From contig OZ024741.1 in the NCBI GenBank assembly GCA_964016885.1, positions 94,736,001-94,800,000 on the forward strand: a stretch of 64,000 nucleotides of DNA, written 5' to 3'. Positions 52,513 through 64,000 of this stretch are shown in pieces (positions within the stretch are counted from its first letter, which is position 1; each line of letters starts with the position of its first letter). The position numbers and the translations under genes are program-made. Below the pieces are notes generated by a model. The model searched no databases, was not told where the DNA came from, and worked only from the letters and a program-made list of their open reading frames with translations. Origin of the DNA: Eledone cirrhosa (taxonomy: Eukaryota).

Positions 52513-53497
52513 TTAAAGTCTTACATGAAACTAGTTGGTAAGCTTAACACATGTTGTATAATATTGTTATTAAGTAATGGCACATGCATATACCTGCACA
52601 CACATATACACATGCACACTCACATACACATGCACATATACATACACACATACATATATGCAAAGCAATCAGGAGAGGCAGATTTATAGCTATAAATTTG
52701 AAGTAACTGCTACATTTTCCTTTGAAAAATAAAATATTGCTCCTGCTATATGTATTGAGTGCTCATTTAGTTAATGTTTGGCTGTTTCTGTGCATTATTA
52801 TATGTAGAGCATCTCCATTAATATATATATATATATCCAACTCTTGATAGCAGGGAGAATGAACGTTAGATAAATAGATAGATTTATATATATATATGTC
52901 GATTTTGTTTTTTTTGTTTGATAAATCAGGAATTTATTCATGCTTCAGTTAGAAATGGTCTCCAACAGTGCATTTTATTCCAGAACAATTCTTTCCCCAT
53001 TCCTATCATCAGCAACAGAGAGAAGCAGAATAGTCTATACTACAGAATTTTTCATTCTTTCATATATTTTCCAAAAGTTTCTCTCTTTCATTTCATCATT
53101 CTTTCTTCTATTTTTTGTTCTTCATCAAATTCTTTGTCATAACACAATTAAAGGAATCAGTGATTATATCAATGTAGGAATTAACTGCCTTCTATTCTCA
53201 CTTATAAAGTGTTTAGAGTGCCTGTATGTAAGCATACATGTGTCTCTATGCTTTGTGTTGTATGTGTGCATTGATACAGTGGCATGCAGAGAGGAAGCTG
53301 GAGGTGCAATGACCCTGAACAATCATATTGGGAGCATTTGGTGGGGTGTGGTGGGGTGGGATGGAGGGGCATCTAACCAAAGAGTCATACAGGGTTCGCC
53401 ATTCAATACAGCTACTGAGTGTAACATCCACTTAGATTCCTCAAACTCATCAAATATCTATGCCAGATTAACCCTTTAGCATTTACATTATTCTATA

Positions 53498-53690
53498 GGG
53501 CGGAGGATTGGCAGTATCGGTAGAGGGTCAGATGCCATGCTTTGACGTATAGAGTTACGGCCCTTGCCATTCTGAGTTCAAATTCCACCGAGGCTAACTT
53601 TGCCTTTCATCCTTACGGAGTCGATAAAATAAAGTACCAGTAATGCACTGGGTATTTGCTGGTCTTGTGCCAAAAGTAGAAACAATTATT
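53498..53690 (+). mobile_element. Dominant SINE inserted into a piggyBac-like MITE
   Basis: TSD attattctata; empty site visible in the 9228-9443 copy. Confidence 0.9.
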
Positions 53691-54709
53691 CTATATTTAC
53701 TATTATATTTTCACGATAAACACTTTATTTCATACAATTATCTCACATAATATCGAATCTACGAGATTTTTGATATTATTTATTTCCAGAACAATACATC
53801 AGTATAAGCAGCCTGGTTATGGCTAGTTTAAATAGAAAGAGGGGAGAGAATTCTGGCCGGATATGGCTGGTTTAAATGCTAAAGAGTTAAAAGGCTGAGA
53901 AATGAATTAACTTGAAATGTGATGTGTATGCTCAGACAAAACTTGTGTGGCTGATTTTATATTAATTTGTAATGTTTTTATTAAATTTGTTATCTGTTTT
54001 TACATATTCAAAATATTTTCCTTACTCACATTTCTCAGTACTTGAGTTTTAGGGGCATACAATCATGGTGTTAGCCCCGAGCATTACAAAACCTCTGCAT
54101 GTCACTGCATGGATATGTTTGTATATTTGTAATAGGAAAGGTATCCAATTATAAAACAAAACTACAGGCTTAACAAAAAATGACCAATCGTTCTTCCTTG
54201 TGTGTTCCACATGCCAAAGTATTGTGATGTGGTAAGAACACTATGGACAGCAGTAGATGGCCAGACAAAAGACCACAGCCTGTGGTGAAGTAAAGGACTA
54301 TAGTGTGTAATGTGATGAATGATCACTTATCCAATCCATACATGGAAGGAAAAGCAGACATAAAATGATGATGATGATGGACGAAAACCATGACAATGAT
54401 GATTACTACGTGTGTGTGTGTAATGCTGCATGCATTTATATATTGGTAGATATATTTGTCTGCCTGCATCTTTGAGTCATCATCATCAACAATAACAACA
54501 GCAACATTATTTTACTTTTGTCATTCCATACTTTCATAAGTATGATAGGTCTTCTTTAGTTCAGTATTTTGCTAGTTGTTGTCTTCTTTGTCACTTACTT
54601 CATGAGGTTTTAGCATCTTGAGATAATCTTTCACCATTTTTTCTCATGTTTCCATTAGTTTTTCTCTACTGCGAGGGTTTCTTCCACTGAGAACACTTTC
54701 CTTCTAGAG

Positions 54710-55016
54710 CAGGGGTGTGTAACATATTCCATTGGTGGGCCACTTTTGAACATTGGAACAACTATTAAGGCCATTAATATTTATAAAGCACTATTCCAAA
54801 GACTTCTTTCCATAACATGGAACTGGAAAATTATAACACACATAACCCTATCAGTGAAGCCCTTTAGTATAGGTCAACTAACATAAAATTGTATTACAGT
54901 TACGAAAAAAATTCTAAATAAGGCTACAAAGTAAAAATTAAAAACAGTCATCGCAGGCCACTCTGACTGGTCTGGCAGGCCGGATTATGACCTGCGGGCT
55001 GCCTGTTGCACGCCCG
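54710..55016. mobile_element. hAT MITE with perfect 8-bp TSD
   Basis: ttctagag-caggggtgtgtaac ... gttgcacgcccg-ttctagag. Confidence 0.85.
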
Positions 55017-55849
55017 TTCTAGAGCATCATATGTTTATACAAGGGCAGTAATCTCTCTGGTACACTACTATTTTTCTTGTAACAAACTCTACTATCTTTA
55101 ATTGTTATTGTAGTTATTGTGTTTGGGGCTTGATTGTCTATCTTGTCAAACATGGCATAGTCTTGCTTGTATTTCACCTATTTCTTAATCATGCTTTTTC
55201 TGCCTTCTGTTGTCCTTTTCTTTTTTTTTTCCTCTTTGTTTCTTGTTTTTGTTAATTGTAAGTGATATTAGATACCTCTCCTAGTCTACCATAGCTTACT
55301 AGCTCTATACAGATATTCAAATTAAACAAATAAAATAGCTATGTAATGTTGCTATGGCTGTACAGTTTGAATTAATTTGGTGAGTTTGCTTTAGACTAGA
55401 ATATTTTGTTTGGAATGAAAGGAACTATTCATTAGAGAAGGGTGAGGAAGGGGTAAGTAAATTTTCTGAGTCAGTTAACACTAAAAGGGGAAAAAAATGT
55501 TATTTTTTCACTATTGTACCGATGGTTATTCTTGTTTCAGTAAGTAGGTGTGTTGTCAGTGAGGTTGTCTATTTTATTGGGAGCTAAAAGACCATGTGTA
55601 TGTGTGTATAGATATATATGTCGTCTGCCACTACGGCACCCCTATGATTCCATTAGGAGTTATGGTACCATGCATATATCATCCTTATATATATATATAT
55701 GTATCATCATCAGCCTCATCATATATATACAAAACGAAATTGTAAAATTATAATAATATAAAATTAGATTGTTTAGAACTACAAGTGAAGTCATTCTTTT
55801 CCTTTTTTTAAATATACCTAACTGTACCAAGGATTTCACACATTTTCCA

Positions 55850-55880
<31 letters not shown>

Positions 55881-55889
55881 CATGCATGG

Positions 55890-56015
55890 TCCCATAACTC
55901 CTGGTGGAGTCATAGAGGTGCCATAGTGACAGACGACATCTCTAGGGCATTTTAAGCCAAGTGGAGCCCATCTCCTTTCCAGGTCTGAATACAGCAGATT
56001 TCTTCCAAAGAAGGA
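55890..56015 (+). repeat. Unclassified ~125-bp dispersed repeat; copies ~9455-9580, 17228-17350, 18170-18305(-), 41325-41450(-)
   Basis: taactcctg.tggagtc.tag...gggcatttt...ggagcccatc.ct.tccagg...gatttcttcca. Confidence 0.7.
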
Positions 56016-56799
56016 TAGAAAGTGAGAGAGAGGAAGTAAGAAAGAGATGTAGAGGAAGCATCTGAAAGGTAAAGTTGACTTCAATTCTTGTTTATTTTGT
56101 TGACTGGATCATTATTATTATGGTAGAAGGTAATAATTATTATTGTTTGTTGTTATTGTTAATGTTATTTGTGCAGGTAACAAAAAAAAAGCTCTACACA
56201 CACACACAAACAAAATTCCTGTACTTTTGAATTTTGGGGATTGCCACAAGAACAATACCAACTGTCATTGCATGAATTTCTACTAGCCACATTCACTCCT
56301 GTTTGACCCTCAGTTTCTCAAATTATACTTAAAACTTGAGTCACTTTTCTGCAAAAAAACTGAAAGAAGCAAGACACTCCTTTTCATGTCTTCCTTTTTT
56401 TGTAGGCTCCTTCCACATGGATTGCTTGGCACATCTTCAACCATATACATCATATCTTTCTATCAGCACAGTCTTCTCTATCAGTTTATTTGTGCTCCAT
56501 CGTTCATGACCACTAACAAAGAATATCACTTCATTTCTTTCCAGTCTTTACACATTCTCCACATTCAATGCCCACTTTTTACTACTTTGCAACATCACAC
56601 TTCATACTCAATCATCACATAATCCATTTTTCATTCACAGAGATAATTTCTATTTGATGCTAGCAGAGGCAATATCATTGTGAACTTTTTTTTATAGAAT
56701 TCTCATTCTGGTTACTATGCTTTTGAAATACCCTCTTCTGCTGCTAATGAAGTCACCTTAGTAATAGAAGCTATCAAATAGTTCTAGGGAGCTCTCTGA

Positions 56800-56852
<53 letters not shown>

Positions 56853-59800
56853 CATGTAATAAACAACACAATATAATTATTCCATTACCAAAGGTTTCAC
56901 GAAGTTAGACGATATTCTAACAGAAACGTCTGATTTCATTCATCAGATGAAATATCTTCCTTTACCTTTTCTACGGAAATACTTAACACACACATATATA
57001 TATATATGTACGTATGTATATATATGTATGTGATGATGATGATGGCTGACACTCGATTTGGAGTAATGCCATAGCTTGATACTTAAGTATTAACATTATG
57101 GACGTGGCTTTTTAGTCTTGCTAGGGACTTGCCTATGGCCAGCAATACCATGCATCGCAAAAAATAACACATATCAAGCGATGCCTGTGCTTGAAGCTTT
57201 TTTAAGTGAGGAAAGGTTATGCATGGGGCCAATCCCACTCTCTGAACATCAAATGTATTTGCCCAAAAAGAAGAACTGGTCTACATCATTGGATGCAAAC
57301 AGGTTTTATATCAGAGTGACCTTCTCCTAGAGAGATGTCTTAATGGAGACTAGGATTCTCTCGCTCCACAAAATAAATATCTAATAAATATCCATTTATT
57401 TCTGGGAGAGTCATGGGGGCAGATTCCTCAGGCATGCCTCCCAGCAGATCCCATCAGAAGCAACTGTCTCCAACTGATCTGCCTGGATCCCCAGGTTAAA
57501 CCAGCCAACCTCATGGATTTTATCCAACTACCTTGCTAATGACCTATCACTTGGTCTCCTGCCCATAAAATCTCTCCAGTTAATCTTTCCTGAGACATTC
57601 TAACCAGATGTCTGTATTACCAGAGCTGTAATCTCTTTATTTTGAAAAAAAAACAGCTTGACCTGAAGCAACTCTCTGATCTCCGAACTACGTACTCTAC
57701 CAAGTAATGTTACCCCATAGGCCCCTCAGAGGAACTCCAATTCAGCCGTTTGTATTCACGATCATATTCTTTCAGTCATTATCCAAGATTCATGACCGTA
57801 GGGAAAGGTTGGCATGAATACCAAACTGAAGATAGTGAGTTTAGCTTTTACATCTACCTCGATTCTTCTGATGACTCAATGCTGAAGCTGGCATATTACT
57901 GCATCAGTTGCTGCAATTCTTGCACTTAATTCAGCCTCCAAGTAGCTTACCACTGTTTGGTCCAAGGTTGCTTATTTATTCATCATGAGCCCACTTATAT
58001 GGCAACTAATCATCATATTTGGTGGCTGTATCTCTATCTGCCATCTGTGATCTGAAAGAAGAAGGAGGAGGAAATAGAGAAGGAGCCTACATTGATATTT
58101 GGGCCAACTACCAGTTAGTTAAAATAGGCTAAGCTTGCATGGGAGCCCTGGCTGAAAATTCCATCGTACGGGGGGGGGGGGGGGGGGGGGGCTTGTGTAA
58201 ATCTATTATTTATGGCAACCAAAAAACTTTGGAGCTCTTTAAATATTGTGACTTCAGGCTACATCTTGGTCAGCTACATACTAATTCGCTGTACCTATTG
58301 CGAGCTTTGCATAGTCCTCAGCGCAGGATCCATAACTTATGCTACTATTTTAATCCGACAACCAATAGACACCTTTTATCCCTTTCCTACAAGTGGAGAC
58401 TTTGTTATATATAATGGCAGACTGCAAAATGAAACATACATGCTTTTTCGTTGTATATCTTTGCTTTTTGAGTTTGTTTGTTGTTGATTTTTTTTATCGA
58501 GAAATTGAAAGATTTTTTTTGTGAACATTTTTTCAGAGTCATTTGTTTGTGTTTTTTTTTCAGTCAATAAATTTAGCTTGCCGAGGCAAGATATGTTCAT
58601 GAGTGCTAGAAAAAAAAAAGAGTTTTGCTTTCACTTTAATTCTCTTTCGTTTTGTTTTAAAGCAAAACACCACTACCTCTCTTACAAAAAAATTCCTTAT
58701 TTATTACGAACGTTACTTTGTAGATCAAGAGTACAAAACTTGAAAACTCTCAAGTATGGAATCCAATTCATTATCTTTTAGAAAGATACTATTCTTAAAA
58801 CTTATTCTCTCCATATAAAAATGAGCTCTTGTACTCATGTCGGAAATTAATAAATGTTAAACGATATCTATTTTGTTTTCGTGTAAAATTTATTTAAATT
58901 AAAACTAATGTGCAATATCTATATATTCGTAAATTTTGAATAGACAATTCAGTTATATTGTATTTTTCTTTTAAATGTATATAAATTATAAGAAGTGGTT
59001 GTTGATATTGTTGTGTAGCCCCAGGGCGGCTATAATTGAATGAAGAGACCTATGATCGAATGCATTCCAGCTGTCACAAAGACATCACATCGTTTTCTTT
59101 CAATGTTGGGAACTCGGGTTGACATCCAACGTGTCCGTTTCTAAGACAGTGTGGTATAATCTGAGGGGAGTTTGCTTCCTATTTCTAGCAGAACGAGTGA
59201 CCAGATAGAGGCTAGTTATGGTCTCTTCAATTAAAGTGATTATTCATCCTAGCACTTTAAAGCATATCAAAATATAATCACACACGTAAATCTACATACG
59301 TATGTTTATAAAGGAATAGTCATTACATTTACAATGCATAGCAACATCAAAAGATCGTTGCATTGTACAAACAGTATACACACACATATATATATATATA
59401 GCCAAATTCCACCTAAATCAGATATAGATAATGCAGTCCTAGTTTTCTTCACCCTGCTGGAATGCTTTTGATAATATTTTGTTAGATCAAAGCTGGCGGG
59501 CCAACAATATCACCGAGACAAGCCAAAGGGGTAGTAGCCTCTATGCTGTCGGTCGAGCAGCTCTAACAACTAAATCTTCCCCGAAAAATAACTATCTTCA
59601 AAGAGAGAAGTTTCTATTCTTTAATGTTCAAATCCCACCAAGGTTAACTTTGTCTTTCATCCTTACGGGGATGCAGTGGGGTAATTGCTGGCTTTGTGCC
59701 AAAAGTAGAAACACTTATTACGTGTGAGAGGGGGGGGGGTATGGAACAGTAACAGCTGGAACATCTTTATCATGTCTGCTTAATCAGAGTTGACCTGGGG

Positions 59801-62103
59801 AAACAAGAACTTCTCCGAGTGATGAACAGCAAAAATAAAGATAAATAATTCATGATGGGAAAGTCGTAAAAAGAAAGGTAGCTAGTATCTATATTTCAAA
59901 TATTGGATTACCTAACCTAGCGCAATTTATTGTCTTTCATACGAAATGGTGGACATGTCTTATGGGAAGTCGGTACATTTTATGGCTATATCCAGATTAA
60001 AAATATATAATATTTCTTTTATATGCAGAACAATTCACATGTTAAGAGGGTTTACAAAATTAATTGACAGGAAATTGACAAAATTGAACTAAAATCTCTT
60101 TGGGAATGTATATGAGCGCACCGTTAAGCCAGTTCAGTCAGTTACAGAAGGATATTCGAAACTAGTTGTGGTTGAGCGCCAGGTCAACATGGCTCGAATA
60201 GACCTATGATCAAAGGCAGCCCTGTTATGACAATCCTATCTTTTTGCAGACAGTGTATATCTAAAATTACATTATCGTTTTTAAATTATATGGCGGCTTG
60301 GTCGCAAGATTCATGAGTGAAGTATGCAAACATTTAACAAGATCTTTTAGTTTCTTATAGATTAACTTGCCTAAGATTTGCAAGGGTGACGAAAATCTAA
60401 ATGAGACTAGCTCTAAGGATGTATAATAATTTAGCGATCGACAAGCATTGCCTAAGAACAAAATAATAATAATAATAAATAACTAAATAAATAAACTGGA
60501 TAAGGCTCAATTTCGAAGGAGGTAGGGAATGATTTGAATGAGGTTTGGCTGTAATTTCTAGTAGGCTAAGCGATGCATAGAGCAGTAATTCGCAAACATA
60601 TTTGTCACGGAACAGTTATACAATTTTCCGAAAATCGCGTAAGCCATACCTGTATACTTACAGACAGACAGACTCTACCTTCATAATTTTAAGAAGACTT
60701 TAAATGAAAAAAACAATTATTTTAGAGGAAGAATTCAATTCTATAAAAAAAGAATTAAATTCGACAAAAATAAAAACATAATTGTCTATTAGGTTTTAAT
60801 ATTTTTATCTCGCTGAATAACAGAACTTATTCGCAGGACCCAGGGGTTCGCCTTGACTTAGGTAGACAAGTTTTAAGTTTCTGCTTCAAAACGTGAAATT
60901 GCACAACTATTTTGGTAAATTTTTGGAACTACACCCGTCTTGTGTTCAAGATAAAGAAAACTCCGGGCCCAGTTCCTCCCGAACGTCTCAAATGCTATGA
61001 ACTGAAAAATGTAATTTACTGACAAATTATAGTATTTCAGTGATACATTCCTTCGGCTATAGATGTAGTAACACTTAACTCTGTCACAACATTTAGGATG
61101 GGGTACCAACATATATCACAAGGGGAAAGGGTGAGCTAGTTGGATATCTTCCCATTGACCCTGGACAATCTCACTGGCTCCAGAACTGAGGGAACATTAA
61201 CTCTAGCTTCAGCTCGTTTTAAAATTATCTGGCGTCTTGGTCGCAGGATTTTTTTGTTTCTCAATCATCAAAGATTTGCAGGGATACGAGAATTTAAATG
61301 AGAGACTAGCTAGCTCTAAGGATGTATAATAATTTGGCGATCGATAGGTAATTCCTAAAAAATATTGATGATGCCCAAATACTGCGAAGTGAATGAAGCG
61401 GTTTCTTTGTTGGATACGCAGAAAAGCAACAATTGGGAACAGAAAACAGTATTTGATAGGCGGCATTCGCCTGGTGTTCTGCATGTCAGAAAGGCAAGTG
61501 AACAAATAGGATCGGGTTGGGGCTTGGAAATCCTTTATCAAATAGTTCGTGCTGTTACCGTTGGCCACTACTTACACGCATACATTACACACGGTTTTAA
61601 GAGTATATAGAGCGCATGGGTGAAATAATTCCGAGTTCATTTTGGGATACGATTTGATCTGGATAAGCCCCATCCTTGAAGCTGTTCATCGGAGCAAGGT
61701 TCTACTTTACACTGAATGTTTGAGATAAAATGACATTGTTTACAATTTATCAATTCCTATGTAAGGCTTTAAATTTGCCTATAAAAGGACAATGAGATAG
61801 TTTACGCAGTCTAATAGTTTTGTTGAAAATTTTAATCGAAACTACTTTAATTCCATAAACAATAATTTAAACTTGGATCGCCTTTAGGTTTTTTAAGCCA
61901 AACTTACGGCTTAGTGACAGGTGTGTCAACAGTCAGTAGCTTAGAACTTTAATAGCTGAAATTCCTTACATCCTGAGAAGTGTGTGCTGGCAGACTATAG
62001 GCGACCTGCTCTAGAACCATTCTATCTGAACAGGTGTGCTTGACATGGAAATATTTTTACAGCCGCCCGAAGACAAAAAAAGATATAAATAGATAAGTAT
62101 GTA

Positions 62104-62211
<108 letters not shown>

Positions 62212-62363
62212 TATGGATTGAGAGGGATAAGGCTGCGTGGTTACTGATAACGACTGTTTGAAAATAAAGGGAACACAAACAAGAGATAGACATTTCCCCT
62301 TCATCAGTTATCTACTACGGGTCACAGATGTTTCAGCGCATTATATATATATAATATAGAAAT

Positions 62364-62415
62364 GGCTTCTACAGGACTAGAACTGTTTCATTCTAAGGAA
62401 ATCATCAGGAAAGCC
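62364..62415 (-). ncRNA. Type I hammerhead ribozyme motif, left arm of palindrome
   Basis: Reverse complement of 62421-62472 with one substitution in stem II. Confidence 0.65.
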
Positions 62416-62420
62416 CATCA

Positions 62421-62472
62421 GGCTTTCCTGATGATTTCCTTGGAATGAAACAGTTCTAGTCCTGTAGAAGCC
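62421..62472 (+). ncRNA. Type I hammerhead ribozyme motif, right arm of palindrome
   Basis: ggctttc CTGATGA t-ttcc-tt-ggaa-t GAAA cag-ttctagtc-ct GTA gaagcc. Stem III ACAG/CTGT, GUA cleavage triplet 62464-62466, stem I with one bulge, short stem II. Confidence 0.7.
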
Positions 62473-63232
62473 ATTTCTATATTAAATATTTATACTCTAT
62501 GTATTGAGTACCTTACTGTGGTTACCCCCGATTGAACCCGGGATACACTTATATATATATGTGTTTTAATTGAACACCGAGAAGAACTGCTATCTAGAGG
62601 AGAGAGGACTCTAAATTTGGTTTCTTTCTTTGTTTTAATCTAATAAATGAAATTAAGTAACGAAAAAGTAAATGAATAGCTATCAACTGAATTGCTAAAA
62701 ATCATACCACCTCACCTACTCAGAATGAGCTGTTTAGTTGCGAAGATCCAGGTCAATGATTCGAAAAGACAACATACAAGTGGTTCTTTTTATTATATGG
62801 TATTAAAAATATGGTAATAGGACATACCTAAGCAACTATTCAACGAAGAAAGAGAATAAATAAAACAAAGAAAAACCATTGAAGATATTATTGAAAAAAT
62901 ACGTGAACCAAATAAAACCTAGTCAGTCTGAAAAAAATATATATATATATATATGTACATGCAATATATATTTTTTTCTTTTCATAGAACAGGCTGAATG
63001 AGTTGGGGTGTAAAACCCAACGAACTTAAGTACTTGTATGTCACTGTTGTAACTAATTATATATATATATACATGTGTGTGTGTATTAAGCAATATCAAG
63101 GTATAACCATAAATATATGAATAATCTTTGAATTAATTACCTTGTATATTTTATAATTTAAATTACTCGCACTACATTTTCACCCACTCTTTTTAAAAGT
63201 TATATATAAAATTCTTTTGTCAACGTACTTAC

Positions 63233-63251
63233 TCATCGTTACACTAGTCAT
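63233..63251 (-). CDS. Putative first coding exon end (M-T-S-V-T-M + 1 nt) of the same gene
   Basis: Minus strand ATGACTAGTGTAACGATGA|GTAAGT. Ends in phase 1, matching exon 4254-4201 (junction codon ATA = Ile). Lies next to a CpG-rich GCGCGCGCG patch. Confidence 0.55.
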
Positions 63252-63283
63252 GTAATTTTACAAGCGCGCGCGACACTTCTTAC

Positions 63284-63470
63284 GGGGGATTGGCAGTATC
63301 GGTAGAGGGTCGGAAGTCATGCTTTGACGCATAGAGTTACGGCCCTTGCCATTCTGAGTTCAAATCCTGCCAAGGTTAACTTTGCCTTTCATCCTTACGG
63401 GGTCGATAAAATAAAGTACCAGTAATACACTGGATATTTGCTGGCCTTGTGCCAAAAGTAGAAACAATTA
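63284..63470 (+). mobile_element. Young dominant SINE in the candidate promoter
   Basis: Near-consensus copy with CpGs intact. Confidence 0.9.
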
Positions 63471-63557
63471 TATTAAAGTTAAGGTGAATTGGCAGTATCG
63501 GTAGAGAGTCGGAACAATTATATTAAAGTTAATGTTTCTGTGGCGTAAAAATTTGTC

Positions 63558-63576
63558 ATGTTATGGAAACAGGATG
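63558..63576 (+). CDS. Possible first exon end of a divergently transcribed gene
   Basis: ATGTTATGGAAACAGGATG|GTAAGT: three ATGs followed by a perfect donor at 63577-63582. No downstream exon is visible in the window. Confidence 0.3.
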
Positions 63577-64000
63577 GTAAGTGTGTGTGCGCTATAGAGA
63601 AGAGAGCGGTGGTGGTGGCAGCAGTTCGAATACCGAATTAAAATATATATATTTCTATCTGACGTCTTCAATTTCTATCTCACAGGGCCGGATTTAATGG
63701 GGGACGAAGAGGACCAACCAGCTACACCCGTAGCAATTTATTTGTGCCTTCTGCTGAGCTTTTTAGTTTTATACCTTTGAAACGAGAACAATATTTTTAA
63801 CAAAAAGTGTTTAATATCTTTACTGTGGAAACATTCATTAAATGTTCATGTTTTTTTTTTAAATTGCTTTCTATATCGGTTTCTGTTCTATTTCTAAAAC
63901 TCAAGGTTAGCTGTAAGATAGGCATTAAATGTATTATGTATTGTTATAAGAAGTAACAATATGAGATCCATATACCAAAGATGAATAATGCTACAACTCA

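Larger units (their letters stand above)
62352..62484. repeat. 133-bp palindrome (5-nt spacer catca), probable Penelope-like element terminus
   Basis: Arms 62352-62415 and 62421-62484 are complementary with one mismatch. Confidence 0.9.
63252..63680. promoter_or_regulatory. Candidate (possibly bidirectional) promoter/5'UTR region, interrupted by a SINE
   Basis: Spans and flanks two outward-facing ATG+donor units. CpG-retaining, with GCGCGCGCG (63264-63272), TGGCGTAAA (63541) and TGACGTC (~63660). Confidence 0.35.

Noticed and set aside
62280-62340. Minus-strand GAAACATC...CTGATGA as a type II hammerhead
   Set aside because: Stems I and II do not pair.
62960-63040. Plus-strand acceptor ttttttcttttcatag
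   Set aside because: Stops in all frames shortly after, and no convincing donor or partner exon.

Overview
AT-rich, microsatellite-dense animal DNA. The repeat content (about 30 copies of one tRNA-derived SINE, RTE LINEs with (GAT)n tails, TA/CA/TATG/CAT arrays) resembles coleoid cephalopod (octopus-like) DNA; that assignment is inference. Most of the window looks like one ~59-kb intron of a minus-strand gene. A 19-nt ATG-bearing exon end (63251-63233) splices in frame to a 54-nt exon (4254-4201), giving the signal-peptide-like MTSVTMILLIFVISSHFVWSESLH. A possible divergent plus-strand first exon lies ~300 bp away. The intron is filled with decayed transposons: RTE, CR1-like, R4/Dong-like, Penelope-like, mariner/Tc1, hAT/piggyBac/pogo MITEs and Helitron pieces. 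The main signal the ORF track misses is a set of type-I hammerhead ribozyme motifs. One is solo (10186-10246). Three loci (13825-14049, 40101-40500, 62352-62484) each hold a hammerhead-bearing segment duplicated as a back-to-back palindrome, so the antisense arm is transcribed before the ribozyme in either direction. These are most likely Penelope-like element termini. No prokaryotic systems or CRISPR arrays are present. Most listed ORFs are microsatellite artefacts. All coordinates were read by eye and ends may be off by a few bases.
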